IMG/VR virus record: IMGVR_UViG_3300023174_000058
Coordinates: 32,001-96,000 of that record
Source of the DNA: a virus
Reading direction: 5' to 3' (one strand)
DNA: 64,000 nucleotides
The translations under genes were made by a program, and so were the position numbers. Positions within the stretch are counted from its first letter, which is position 1, and each line of letters begins with the position of its first letter. Of this stretch, positions 33,723-43,822 are shown one piece after another. The notes beneath the pieces are model-generated. The model ran no database searches and was not told the origin of the DNA. It saw only the letters and a program-made list of their open reading frames with translations.

Positions 33723-33992
33723 ATGAGCAAAGAAAAAGCGTTAGGCCTAATTAAAATTATTGAAATAAAAGATAACGATAACGGAACTTGTACCATCAAT
33801 TATGAAATACCCGAAGATTTAAAAACATTTTTTAAAAAATATTTTGGTTGGAAACGCTGGTCGTCAAAGAAGTTTAACGAGTTTTTCTTGGAGGCTTTGA
33901 CGAATTATGCAAAAACTTTGGAAAGAAAATCTGGGGTTATTTCTTCTAGCGACCAACATGGCTCTGATGTGTGTACTAATAAATCTCTTTAG
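33723..33992 (+). CDS. hypothetical protein
   Basis: MSKEKALG... ORF in the + strand run. Confidence 0.55.
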   Translation: MSKEKALGLIKIIEIKDNDNGTCTINYEIPEDLKTFFKKYFGWKRWSSKKFNEFFLEALTNYAKTLERKSGVISSSDQHGSDVCTNKSL

Positions 33993-34114
33993 CCAAGTAC
34001 TTGATAATTCTAATAGAACAACGACGATAGAAGAAGCACCACCACAAGCATTTTATAAGTGTGGACGTAGTAACAAGCACGATGTATACTGCCCAATCCC
34101 AACAAGGAGAACGC

Positions 34115-34339
34115 ATGGCGCTGAGACACTACATTCTTCACGATAAAAAAAATAAGCTTGTTGTTTATGAAGAAATGATTGATGGTAAAAGTTACATTTT
34201 TATTCAACAAGGTAGAGACTTAACACAGATTCCTGTTCGTCAATGGCGTAAAATCGCCTCTGCATGGCAAGAAAATGGTTGGAGTGAAAAGTGGGATATG
34301 TTAGAAGATTGTATCCCACCGCTAGAAACAGAAGTTTAA
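34115..34339 (+). CDS. hypothetical protein
   Basis: MALRHYIL with AAGGAG RBS. Confidence 0.65.
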   Translation: MALRHYILHDKKNKLVVYEEMIDGKSYIFIQQGRDLTQIPVRQWRKIASAWQENGWSEKWDMLEDCIPPLETEV

Positions 34340-34346
34340 TATTATT

Positions 34347-34422
34347 GGCCCCTTCGTCTATTGGCTGAGGACAGAAGCCTTTCAAGCTTCAGAGACGGGA
34401 TCGATACCCGTAGGGGTCACCA
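34347..34422 (+). tRNA. tRNA-Glu(UUC)
   Basis: GAAGC-CTTTCAA-GCTTC; acceptor GGCCCCT/AGGGGTC; CCA. Confidence 0.9.
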
Positions 34423-34463
34423 ATTAATAAAAACCCTCCTATTTATTTTAGGAGGGTTTTTAT

Positions 34464-34649
34464 ATGCCTAAGAAAAGCCAAAATAATAGTAAAAAAATGT
34501 TTGATGCCGGTGTAATATTATTTGCTGCTGTAGTTGCTGGTTGTCTTTGCTATCTATTTTGGGACGCAGCCAGAACACACGAAATGGTTTGTACTGTTAA
34601 GATAGTGGATCAAATTACTGGACTTGTTAAATTAGATTGTGCGAGATGA
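34464..34649 (+). CDS. small membrane protein
   Basis: single hydrophobic segment; AGGAGG RBS within a hairpin. Confidence 0.6.
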   Translation: MPKKSQNNSKKMFDAGVILFAAVVAGCLCYLFWDAARTHEMVCTVKIVDQITGLVKLDCAR

Positions 34650-34831
34650 TTATGAAACTCCCAAATCCACACGGAACCGAAATTCATCAAGAGTTTACAA
34701 AACATAATGAATTTTTTGATGCTTATTATTGTGAGAAGTGTGATTTTTGGTTAGAAGATAAATGTTCAGATACACGTTGTAATTATTGCCCACAGAGGCC
34801 AGAAAAGCCTTCAAAAGCTTTTTATAATTAG
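34646..34831 (+). CDS. small Cys-rich protein
   Basis: DAYYCEKCDFWLEDKCSDTRCNYC. Confidence 0.6.
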   Translation: MIMKLPNPHGTEIHQEFTKHNEFFDAYYCEKCDFWLEDKCSDTRCNYCPQRPEKPSKAFYN

Positions 34832-34851
34832 ATATAATGAAGATAGTTTAT

Positions 34852-34926
34852 TGAGGCGTCGGCAAGCGGCAAGCCAGAAAGCTGTTAACTTTCCCATCGT
34901 AGGTTCGAATCCTACCGCCTCAGCCA
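34852..34926 (+). tRNA. tRNA-Asn(GUU)
   Basis: GAAAG-CTGTTAA-CTTTC; GGTTCGAATCC; GCCA. Confidence 0.92.
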
Positions 34927-35013
34927 ATACAAGATACTTGACCACCGGTTTTAGGAGTGCTACTATGCTCCTATAGCTTGGTGGTCAAGCTATTTTTAGC
35001 CTAGGAGGGCTGC

Positions 35014-35202
35014 ATGAGCGAAAAACTTAACTATGATGACATGAAGTTTCTTTATGAAACAGCCTACCAAGCCGCTATGAATAGTTTATTTCGTGATAAC
35101 CTTGACAAACACGGTTGGAAGTATGATGAATTTATGGAAGCCTATGGTTCTGAAGAGGAAGTTATTGACTTCGTGATTGATCCTAATGCAACCATCCACT
35201 AA
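35014..35202 (+). CDS. hypothetical protein
   Basis: 62 aa; AGGAGG RBS. Confidence 0.65.
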   Translation: MSEKLNYDDMKFLYETAYQAAMNSLFRDNLDKHGWKYDEFMEAYGSEEEVIDFVIDPNATIH

Positions 35203-35410
35203 ATATGATGTAGGTGATATCATTTATCACTCTGGTCTTGGTATGTATTCGCTTATCGCGGATATTTTTATAAACAAATGGGACAAACAAAATGTTTGTT
35301 ATCGTTTTATAGACTTAACTTATCCTGAAGTGCGCGATCTTCTTAACGGCCAAGATTGGGATTTCGCAGAAAATATAGATAAGTCCAAACAAATAACAAA
35401 GGTGGCATAA
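35186..35410 (+). CDS. GDI-family small protein
   Basis: KYDVGDII ... KVA. Confidence 0.8.
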   Translation: MQPSTKYDVGDIIYHSGLGMYSLIADIFINKWDKQNVCYRFIDLTYPEVRDLLNGQDWDFAENIDKSKQITKVA

Positions 35411-35619
35411 TGTACCATCTAGCCAAATATGATGTAGGCGACATCCTTTACCACCGCGCTCTTGAGTTTTATGCGCTAATAACAGAAATTTCTGTTGCTA
35501 AATGGGATGAAAAAACTTATTTTTATAAATTTATGTACTTAAACGATGATGGATATCGAGGCGAAGACAACCGCGTAGATCAAGTAGATCGATCTGCTTA
35601 CTGGATAAAGGTGGCATAA
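35410..35619 (+). CDS. GDI-family small protein
   Basis: KYDVGDIL ... KVA; tandem paralog of the previous gene. Confidence 0.8.
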   Translation: MYHLAKYDVGDILYHRALEFYALITEISVAKWDEKTYFYKFMYLNDDGYRGEDNRVDQVDRSAYWIKVA

Positions 35620-36164
35620 TGGAAATCCCTCCCAACGCAAATATTATTGATAAGTACAAGTATGATCGACTCACAAAGTGGACTACGGAACTAATTAAGA
35701 AAGACCTACAGCAAAATAGCTTTCCTATTGCTGTGCTTATGGAAAATTTTGCTGGTGATTTTAATATTGGAACGGTGATTCGGAATTCAAATGCTTTTAA
35801 TGCCAAACAGGTTTATTACCTAGGAAACCGGCATTATGATCGAAGAGGTACTGTTGGTACTCATCATTATACAGATATTAGTCATTTACGATCTGTTGAA
35901 GAACTCCTAAAACTAAAGGAGAGCTACACCTTTGTTGGTCTTGAGAATAGTGTTGATGGCGCTATCTCTATGGATAAGTTTGAATGGCCTAGTAATCCTC
36001 TACTTATCATTGGTGAAGAGGGCGTCGGAATCACACCAGAAACGCTTTCCCTTTGTGACCGCTGCGTTTATATTCCTCAATACGGTAGCGTCCGAAGCCT
36101 TAATGCTGGCGTGGCTAGCGGGATTGCTCTAAACGATTTTGTCACCAAACACCAGAGGTCATAA
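35619..36164 (+). CDS. SpoU/TrmH-family RNA 2'-O-methyltransferase
   Basis: NIGTVIRNSNAF, IIGEEGVGI, IPQYGSVRSLNAGVA (SPOUT motifs). Confidence 0.9.
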   Translation: MEIPPNANIIDKYKYDRLTKWTTELIKKDLQQNSFPIAVLMENFAGDFNIGTVIRNSNAFNAKQVYYLGNRHYDRRGTVGTHHYTDISHLRSVEELLKLKESYTFVGLENSVDGAISMDKFEWPSNPLLIIGEEGVGITPETLSLCDRCVYIPQYGSVRSLNAGVASGIALNDFVTKHQRS

Positions 36165-37438
36165 TGATTTCCCCACTTGACGATAGATACTTTGAAAAAG
36201 TCCGTGAACTACATGAGTACTTTAGTGAAGATGCGATGCTTAAATTAAAAGCTCGCGTTGAAATTGATTATTTTATTGCTCTTTGTGAAGAATTAAAGCT
36301 ACCTTTTACAGAAGATGAGCGCATGTATATTGCGCAAATTTACGATACCATCGAAGCATACGAAATACGTTTGCTTGAAGAACAAACAAACCATGATATC
36401 AAGGCAGTTGAATATTACTTACGCCGTCGTTTCCAAGAATGGAAGATCCCGCACGACCATTTGCTGCACTTTGGCTTGACTAGCCAAGACATTAATAGTG
36501 TTGCTACAAGCATTATAATTGATCGCTTTAACCAAAGCGAAATGTCGTTCTATATGAGCGAAATGATTAACGCAATTTACACGTTTGCAGATAAAAACGA
36601 ATGTGTATTTCCAGCGCGCACGCATGGACAACTTGCTGTTCCAACTCTTTTTGACAAAGAGATGCTTGTTTACTTAACAAGAGTAGAAGAAGTGTGGTCA
36701 CAGATTATAGATCACCCATTCAAAGCTAAATTTGGTGGTGCTGTTGGTAATTTAAGTGCGCACTATCTTGCATATCCAGATCATAATTGGATAAACTTTT
36801 CAAATTTATTTCTAAAAAAATATGATATAGATAGAGAGCTTTCTACAACTCAAGTATCAAATAATATTTCTATCTGTAAATATTTTGACCAAATTCGCAT
36901 GATTAATAATATTTTAATTAATCTTTGCCAAGACATCTGGATGTACAATTCTTATGGCTATTTTAAACAATCTGTGACCGAAAAAGAGGTCGGTTCTTCT
37001 ACGATGCCACAAAAAATTAACCCAATTGCATTTGAAAACGCAGAGGGAAATCTTCAACTTTCTAACTGTCTTCTGGATTTCATGTCAAATAAATTAATTA
37101 TTTCTCGTATGCAGCGCGATCTAAGTGATTCAACCGTACTTCGCAATGTAGGTGTTGCTTTTGGACACGCAGTGGTGGCCTATAAATCGATTATGGCGGG
37201 CCTTAGCAAACTTTCCATCAATATACCCATAGTTAAACGTGACCTCGCTAGCAGCGGCCTATTGGCCGAGGCTTATCAAATCCTGCTAAAGAAAGAAAAT
37301 GTTAAAGATGGTTACGAACTAATTAAAAACATGGAGCGCAATGGTCAAGGAATAAATGACCTGAACATCTCAGAAACACTTAAAGAAAAATTAAAAAGTG
37401 TTACAATTGATGATTATGTAGCCCACATAAGGGATTAA
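36164..37438 (+). CDS. purB: adenylosuccinate lyase
   Basis: ISPLDDRY, TNHDIKAVEY, HFGLTSQDIN, RTHGQ, GSSTMPQKINP. Confidence 0.93.
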   Translation: MISPLDDRYFEKVRELHEYFSEDAMLKLKARVEIDYFIALCEELKLPFTEDERMYIAQIYDTIEAYEIRLLEEQTNHDIKAVEYYLRRRFQEWKIPHDHLLHFGLTSQDINSVATSIIIDRFNQSEMSFYMSEMINAIYTFADKNECVFPARTHGQLAVPTLFDKEMLVYLTRVEEVWSQIIDHPFKAKFGGAVGNLSAHYLAYPDHNWINFSNLFLKKYDIDRELSTTQVSNNISICKYFDQIRMINNILINLCQDIWMYNSYGYFKQSVTEKEVGSSTMPQKINPIAFENAEGNLQLSNCLLDFMSNKLIISRMQRDLSDSTVLRNVGVAFGHAVVAYKSIMAGLSKLSINIPIVKRDLASSGLLAEAYQILLKKENVKDGYELIKNMERNGQGINDLNISETLKEKLKSVTIDDYVAHIRD

Positions 37439-37443
37439 AACGG

Positions 37444-38757
37444 ATGTCAAAAAAAATCTATGTTCTTGATACAAACGTACTGCTAAGTGATTTTAATGCT
37501 CTTTACGCTTTTAAAAGCAACGATCTTGTAATCCCATTAAAAGTTATCGAAGAAATTGATAAACATAAAAAACGTCAAGATGGAGTTGGAGCAAACGCTC
37601 GCCAAGTTATTCGTGAATTAGACAAGCTACGAGAAAAAGGTAGTCTTGTCGAAGGTGTCAAATTAGGTGCTCGCAAAGGAACGTTAACTATTGAAGATTG
37701 CGCCACAAATACTCCATTTCCTGAAGAATTGCCACTAAAAGACCCAGATAATTTAATTCTTGCTACAGTACACAAAGTACGGTGTAACAATTCCGGCGTT
37801 GATGTTATTCTAGTATCGCAAGATATCAATATGCGAGTCAAAGCCGATTCGCTTGGCTTTCCAGCAGAAGACTACACAACCAATCAAATAGTTGAAAAAG
37901 CTGAAGAAATCTACACTGGTTTTTCTCAATATTTAGTAGATGATGCATTAATCGATCGCTTTTACAGCGGCGAAAAAATAATGCTTGAAGAAAAAAATAT
38001 TAAATTATTTCCAAATCAATTTGTAATGCTTGTTTCAAACGCTAATGATAAAAAAACTGCGCTAGCAAGATTTAAAAATTATAATCACCCAATTTCTAAA
38101 GTTATTGAATACAAAGATGGTATTTGGGGCGTTAGAGCAAAAAATAAGGAGCAACAATTTGCTCTTGATATGTTAATGAACGATGACATAAAGATTGTTT
38201 CTCTTGTTGGTAAAGCTGGATGCGGTAAAACTCTTATCGCTCTAGCCGCTGGACTTCAACAAATAATGGAAACAAGAGCATATAAAAAATTGATTGTATC
38301 TCGTCCGGTACAGCCAATGGGACGTGATATTGGATTTCTTCCCGGCACATTAGAAGAAAAAATGTTACCTTGGATTGCTCCAATTCAAGACAATTTAGAG
38401 TTTCTAATGGGCGATGACAAGGAAAACTTAAAGCTTTTGCAAGAACAAGGTACAATAGAAATTGAAGCTTTAACATTCATTCGCGGTCGTTCAATTGCAA
38501 ACGCTTTTATTATTATTGATGAAGCACAAAATCTTTCAATGCACGAATTAAAAACTATCATTACTCGCGTTGGAGAAGGTACAAAAGTTGTATTAACTGG
38601 TGACGTAGAACAAATCGATAGCGCCTTTCTTGATGCCACGAACAACGGTTTGACTTATGCTGTTGAAAAGTTTAAACCATACGAGTTATCTGGTCACGTA
38701 ACTTTACAAAAAGGTGAGCGTTCTGCCGTCGCGACACTTGCTTCTCAGGTTCTATAA
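37444..38757 (+). CDS. phoH: PIN-domain PhoH-family ATPase (PhoH2/YlaK-type)
   Basis: YVLDTNVL PIN; GKAGCGKT, IGFLPG, RGRS, DEAQN. Confidence 0.92.
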   Translation: MSKKIYVLDTNVLLSDFNALYAFKSNDLVIPLKVIEEIDKHKKRQDGVGANARQVIRELDKLREKGSLVEGVKLGARKGTLTIEDCATNTPFPEELPLKDPDNLILATVHKVRCNNSGVDVILVSQDINMRVKADSLGFPAEDYTTNQIVEKAEEIYTGFSQYLVDDALIDRFYSGEKIMLEEKNIKLFPNQFVMLVSNANDKKTALARFKNYNHPISKVIEYKDGIWGVRAKNKEQQFALDMLMNDDIKIVSLVGKAGCGKTLIALAAGLQQIMETRAYKKLIVSRPVQPMGRDIGFLPGTLEEKMLPWIAPIQDNLEFLMGDDKENLKLLQEQGTIEIEALTFIRGRSIANAFIIIDEAQNLSMHELKTIITRVGEGTKVVLTGDVEQIDSAFLDATNNGLTYAVEKFKPYELSGHVTLQKGERSAVATLASQVL

Positions 38758-39434
38758 TGATCAAATATATAGTTGAATCAGCAACATACGCTAAAAATAA
38801 TAAAAAACAATATGTTTTGTATGATCAAGTTTATGTATTTGTACAAAATCCATTACCAAGCGAAGTATCTGTTGATAACGTCTTAAAAAAAGTTAAAGAA
38901 TTTATTCCCAAACACACAATACGTGATTTAGAAACAATTTATGTAGGAGATTTTAAGCCATTAAATGATCGTCAAGTTGATTCAATGTACGTTGATGGAT
39001 CAATAATGGTTAGTAATAAACATGAAAGCGATAAAGCTTTTTTTAACACGTTGATACACGAAATTGCTCACGCTACTGAGGATTGCAATAAAGAAAAAAT
39101 CTATGGCGATGGCGATCTCGCAAGAGAATTTTTAGCTAAAAGAACAGTTCTTTATAATTTATTAAAAGACGATTATAAATTAAATAAAAATGATTTCTTA
39201 AACATTGAGTTTAATAAGTCGTTTGATGATTTTGCTCATAAAACAATAGGATATGATAATTTAGGTATTATAACATCGGGCATGTTCATGTCCCCTTATG
39301 GCTGCACATCTTTGCGAGAATACTTTGCTAATTGCTTTGAACACTATTTTATTGACGGACCACAAGCTGTAGCAAAAATTGCACCAATTGCATATAAAAA
39401 AATAAAATTAGTCTTATCAAAAAAACAATTTTAA
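38757..39434 (+). CDS. HExxH-containing hypothetical protein
   Basis: LIHEIAHA, SLREYFA. Confidence 0.7.
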   Translation: MIKYIVESATYAKNNKKQYVLYDQVYVFVQNPLPSEVSVDNVLKKVKEFIPKHTIRDLETIYVGDFKPLNDRQVDSMYVDGSIMVSNKHESDKAFFNTLIHEIAHATEDCNKEKIYGDGDLAREFLAKRTVLYNLLKDDYKLNKNDFLNIEFNKSFDDFAHKTIGYDNLGIITSGMFMSPYGCTSLREYFANCFEHYFIDGPQAVAKIAPIAYKKIKLVLSKKQF

Positions 39435-39486
39435 AGTCTTTTTATTGTTTTACTTGTGTGGTATACTGCTCTGAAAGGAGTAAGTT

Positions 39487-40248
39487 ATGCCACACATTTC
39501 ATTTTCGGCATTAAAAACTTGGAAAGACTGCTCATACAAATATAAATTAAATTATATTGATGAAATTAAGCTGTTTAATGGTAACGAATACACTGTTTTC
39601 GGTACAGCACTTCACGAAGCATGCGAAAGAAAAGTACTTGATAACAGCGTTGACGAAGTTCAAGTCTTTAAAGATAAATTCAAAGAAGAAATTGACAAAC
39701 TACCATCCCATATTATATTAGAACAAAAGACGAAAGAGGATCTTGAAAAGCAAGGGATCATGCTTTCGGGAATGATTTTAGACGCACTTAAGCAATATTT
39801 CGGTAGTTTTAAAGTGGTTAGCGCCGAAGAAGAGCTAAGAACAAATCTAGAATCAACTGAGTTTGATTTTAAAGGATACGTAGATTTAATTTTACAAACC
39901 GATGATGGTAAATATCACATTATTGATTGGAAGACTTGCTCATGGGGCTGGGATGCAGCAAAACGAAACGATCCAATGACAAATTACCAATTAACTCTAT
40001 ATAAGCATTTTTTTGGAAAGATCAAAAATATTGATGCAAAACAAATTGAAACACACTTTGCTCTCTTAAAGAGAACGGCTAAAAAAGACAATGTAGAGAT
40101 TTTTAGAATTACAAGTGGCCCAAAAAAAATTGAAAACGCTCTTAAAATATTAAACAATGCAGTGCATAATATATCAACTAACAATTTTCCAAAAAATAAA
40201 TTAAATTGTAAAAATTGTGAATTTTATAAAACACAACATTGCCCATGA
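39487..40248 (+). CDS. PD-(D/E)XK nuclease, RecB/Cas4-like with C-terminal Cys cluster
   Basis: GTALHE, KGYVDL, IIDWKT, QLTLY, CKNCEFYKTQHC. Confidence 0.85.
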   Translation: MPHISFSALKTWKDCSYKYKLNYIDEIKLFNGNEYTVFGTALHEACERKVLDNSVDEVQVFKDKFKEEIDKLPSHIILEQKTKEDLEKQGIMLSGMILDALKQYFGSFKVVSAEEELRTNLESTEFDFKGYVDLILQTDDGKYHIIDWKTCSWGWDAAKRNDPMTNYQLTLYKHFFGKIKNIDAKQIETHFALLKRTAKKDNVEIFRITSGPKKIENALKILNNAVHNISTNNFPKNKLNCKNCEFYKTQHCP

Positions 40249-40399
40249 ATAAGCGTATCGCATGTGTTATGTTAGATGATAAAGATTGTGCTTTACATTT
40301 AGAGATTATTTCTTGCGAAAAACAAATCAATGATTTAATTGAGTACTTAAGCAAAAAATATTGCATGAAAGAAATTTTTATAAATAAGGTAGATAAAAA

Positions 40400-41380
40400 A
40401 TGAAAACCGCACTTGTAACGGGAATATCAGGTCAAGACGGGAGCTATCTTGCTGAATTGCTGTTAGACAAAGGATATTTGGTAGTTGGAGTTGTTAGAAG
40501 ATCTGCAATGGAAGATAAAAAGCTGGTTAATATTGAGCATTTATTAAATAACCCTAATCTTATTTTAGAAAATGGTGACTTAACAGACAGTGCATCCATT
40601 TGGAGACTTACGCAACAGTATAAACCAAATGAATTTTATAATCTTGCAGCTCAAAGTCACGTAGGCGCATCATTTACTAGTCCAGAAAGCACTTTCGAAA
40701 TAAACGCCACTGGCGTTCTTAATTGCTTAGAAGCTATCAGAAGTGTAAGTCCAAAAACAAGATTTTATCAAGCCTCAACATCAGAAATGTTTGGGGATAA
40801 TACAAACGCTCCACAAAACGAACAAACCGAATTATCACCCGTATCACCATATGCTTGTGCAAAAGTAGCGGCACATAATCTTGTAATAAACTATCGTAAA
40901 TCATATGGGCTTTTTGCGTGCAGCGGTATACTTTTTAATCATGAAAGCCCACGACGAGGAGAGCAATTCGTTACTCGTAAGATTACAAAAGCCGCTGCAC
41001 GTATTAAACTCGGCTTACAGAAAGAATTACGTCTTGGCAATCTTGATGCAAAACGCGATTGGGGATATGCAAAAGAATATGTAGAAGCCATGTGGTTAAT
41101 GCTACAACAAGAAATTGCATCTGATTATGTAATTGGCACTGGAAAAACTCAAACAATAAAAGATTTTATTAATTGTGTATCTGAAATCTCTGGTTTTGAT
41201 TTGATGAAGTACGTTGTTATAGATGAAAAATTTAAACGTCCAAGTGAAGTCCCATTATTACTTGCTGATCCTTGGAAAGCAAAACAAGATTTAGGATGGC
41301 AATCAAAAACTTCTTTAAAAGAATTAGCTGAAATTATGTATAAAACAGACTTAGAAAAGGAAATTGTGAATGTCAAATAA
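40400..41380 (+). CDS. gmd: GDP-mannose 4,6-dehydratase
   Basis: TGISGQDGSYLA, YNLAAQSHV, QASTSE, LFNHESPRRG, RDWGYA. Confidence 0.95.
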   Translation: MKTALVTGISGQDGSYLAELLLDKGYLVVGVVRRSAMEDKKLVNIEHLLNNPNLILENGDLTDSASIWRLTQQYKPNEFYNLAAQSHVGASFTSPESTFEINATGVLNCLEAIRSVSPKTRFYQASTSEMFGDNTNAPQNEQTELSPVSPYACAKVAAHNLVINYRKSYGLFACSGILFNHESPRRGEQFVTRKITKAAARIKLGLQKELRLGNLDAKRDWGYAKEYVEAMWLMLQQEIASDYVIGTGKTQTIKDFINCVSEISGFDLMKYVVIDEKFKRPSEVPLLLADPWKAKQDLGWQSKTSLKELAEIMYKTDLEKEIVNVK

Positions 41381-42611
41381 GAAAAAGATATTAGTATTAG
41401 GTGATCACCCATTCTCACCATCTGGCGTTGGTACACAAATTAATTATTTTATCCAATCAATGTTAAAAACTGGTAAATATAGCTTTATTGCATTAGGTGG
41501 AGCAATAAAGCATCAAGATTATAGACCAGTTAAAACAGAACAATGGGGTGAGGATTTTATTGTTATTCCTATTGATGGTTATGGAACACCACAGATGATA
41601 CGCGATATGATACACGCTCACAAATTTGATGCAGTATGGTTCATGACGGATCCACGGTTTTGGACTTGGTTGTGGGCAATCGAACAAGAAATTCGCCCAA
41701 ATGTTCCCATGATCTATTATCACGTTTTGGATAACTATCCTTATCCAACATTTAATAAATCATTTTATGAATCAAACGACATGGTTGTAACAATGTCAGA
41801 GGTTTCCAGTGATATTGTTAGAACAGTAGCCCCGCAAATTGAAGAAAAGTATATTCCTTTATGTGTAGACACCGAAATATTTAAGCCGTTACCAGAAAGC
41901 GAATGGTCGCACTTAAAACCAAAAGGGAGGACTCTATTTTTCTGGAATAATAGAAACGCAAGGCGTAAGATGAGCGGCACCATTTTATGGTGGTTTAAAG
42001 AATTCTTAGATAAAGTAGGTCATGATAAAGCGCAGTTAATAATGCATACTGATCCAAAAGACGTACATGGGCAAGATCTTGAAGCAATTGCTAGAGAGTT
42101 GCAGCTAACAAGGGAACAATTTATGATCTCTGCAAATAAAGTCCCAGCCCAAGAATTAGCAAAATTTTACAATGCAGCAGATTGTATATTAAACATTAGT
42201 GATGCCGAAGGCGTTGGCATGGGTACAATTGAAAGCATGGCTTGCGAGACTCCTATTATTGTAAACATGACAGGTGGTTTACAAGAACAAGTAGTAGACG
42301 CGGAAGGAAATATGTTTGGAATTGGAATCACACCATCGTCAAAGGCAATAATTGGTTCTCAGGAGGTTCCGTTTATTTACGAAGATCGTGTAGCAAAACA
42401 AGATTTTATTGATGCACTTGTAAAAATGCATAGTATGAGCCGCGTCGAAAGAAAAGAAATGGGTAAAAAAGCTCGTGAATATGTGTTAAAAAAGTATAAT
42501 CTTAAGACTTTTGCCGAACAATGGGAGAAAACTATGGATTCTTTTATTGAAAAACATGGCGCTTGGGAAAATAGAAAAAATTATAAACGCTGGACCTCTA
42601 AGGAATACTAA
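41370..42611 (+). CDS. glycosyltransferase family 4
   Basis: NRNARRK, EGVGMGTIESMAC (ExFG-like) GT-B motif. Confidence 0.85.
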   Translation: MSNKKKILVLGDHPFSPSGVGTQINYFIQSMLKTGKYSFIALGGAIKHQDYRPVKTEQWGEDFIVIPIDGYGTPQMIRDMIHAHKFDAVWFMTDPRFWTWLWAIEQEIRPNVPMIYYHVLDNYPYPTFNKSFYESNDMVVTMSEVSSDIVRTVAPQIEEKYIPLCVDTEIFKPLPESEWSHLKPKGRTLFFWNNRNARRKMSGTILWWFKEFLDKVGHDKAQLIMHTDPKDVHGQDLEAIARELQLTREQFMISANKVPAQELAKFYNAADCILNISDAEGVGMGTIESMACETPIIVNMTGGLQEQVVDAEGNMFGIGITPSSKAIIGSQEVPFIYEDRVAKQDFIDALVKMHSMSRVERKEMGKKAREYVLKKYNLKTFAEQWEKTMDSFIEKHGAWENRKNYKRWTSKEY

Positions 42612-42613
42612 AA

Positions 42614-43822
42614 ATGAAAAAAATTTTAATTAATTCTCCAATTTTATCACGTTCTGGTTATGGCGAAATGGCGCGGTTTGCGCTGAATACCCTGCGCCAG
42701 CACGAAGATAAGTTTGATATTTATCTTGTTGTTTTAAATTGGGGACAAACAGGTTTTATTTTTGAAGAAACTGAAGAGTATAAGTATATTTCACAGCTTA
42801 GGTTAAAGACTGAGCAATATATAAAAGAGCATAACGGAAATCCCCCATTCGATATGTCGTTACAAATTACCATTCCAAACGAATGGAAGCGTATGGCCCC
42901 AGTAAATATTGGATATACCGCTGGTATCGAAACAACCCATATCTCGCCAGCTTGGCTAGAGCCATCACAGCAGATGGATAAAATTATTGTAATCAGTGAA
43001 CATGCTAAAAATGTTTTTTTAAACACAGCATTTCAAGATGACAAAGGACAACAATTTAAAGTTACAACACCGATTGAAGTTGTACATTTTCCTTGGAAAC
43101 AACTTGAAGATGCGCGAATTAATTTAGAATTACCATACGATTTTAATTTTTTAACAGTCAATCAATGGGGTCCAAGGAAAAACATTGAAGGTCTTATTTC
43201 TGCTTTTATTGACGAATTCCGTGATGAAGAAGTTGGTTTAGTAGTTAAAACAAATAGAGCAAACGACTCCACTACAGATAAATCATTCGTAGATAAACAA
43301 TTATCAGATCTTATTGCTTCAAAAGGGCCAAAAAAATGTAAAATTCATCTTGTTCATGGAACGCTAACAGAACAAGAAATGCATGGTCTTTATCGCCATC
43401 CAAAAATTAAAGCATTTGTAACAGCAACTCATGGTGAAGGTTTTGGTTTGCCAATCTTTGAGGCCGCCAATGAAGAATTACCTGTTATTGCCACGAATTG
43501 GAGTGGGCATCTAGACTTCCTATCAGCACCAGACAAAGAAGGCGTTGTAAAACCAATGTTTGCAAAAGTTGATTTTGAAATTAAACCAATACAAGAACAA
43601 TTTGTTTGGGCTGGCGTTATGGAAAAAGGTACCGGCTGGGCTTTTCCGTTACAAAGCAGCGTAAAAGCAAGAATGCGCGAAGTAGTAAAAGATTATCCAA
43701 GATTTAAAAGTTGGGCTAAAAAACTCTCAGCTTATAACAAGCAAAACTTTGAAAAACAAAAAATTTTCGATAACTTTATAAACTGCTTAGGAACAAGCGA
43801 TGACACAACAATCATTTTATAA
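42614..43822 (+). CDS. glycosyltransferase family 4
   Basis: SRSGYG, RKNI, GEGFGLPIFEA. Confidence 0.88.
   Translation: MKKILINSPILSRSGYGEMARFALNTLRQHEDKFDIYLVVLNWGQTGFIFEETEEYKYISQLRLKTEQYIKEHNGNPPFDMSLQITIPNEWKRMAPVNIGYTAGIETTHISPAWLEPSQQMDKIIVISEHAKNVFLNTAFQDDKGQQFKVTTPIEVVHFPWKQLEDARINLELPYDFNFLTVNQWGPRKNIEGLISAFIDEFRDEEVGLVVKTNRANDSTTDKSFVDKQLSDLIASKGPKKCKIHLVHGTLTEQEMHGLYRHPKIKAFVTATHGEGFGLPIFEAANEELPVIATNWSGHLDFLSAPDKEGVVKPMFAKVDFEIKPIQEQFVWAGVMEKGTGWAFPLQSSVKARMREVVKDYPRFKSWAKKLSAYNKQNFEKQKIFDNFINCLGTSDDTTIIL

Noticed and set aside
39487-40248. Cas4 as evidence of a CRISPR-Cas system
   Set aside because: Stand-alone RecB/Cas4-like nucleases are common in large phages; no cas1/cas2 or array nearby.
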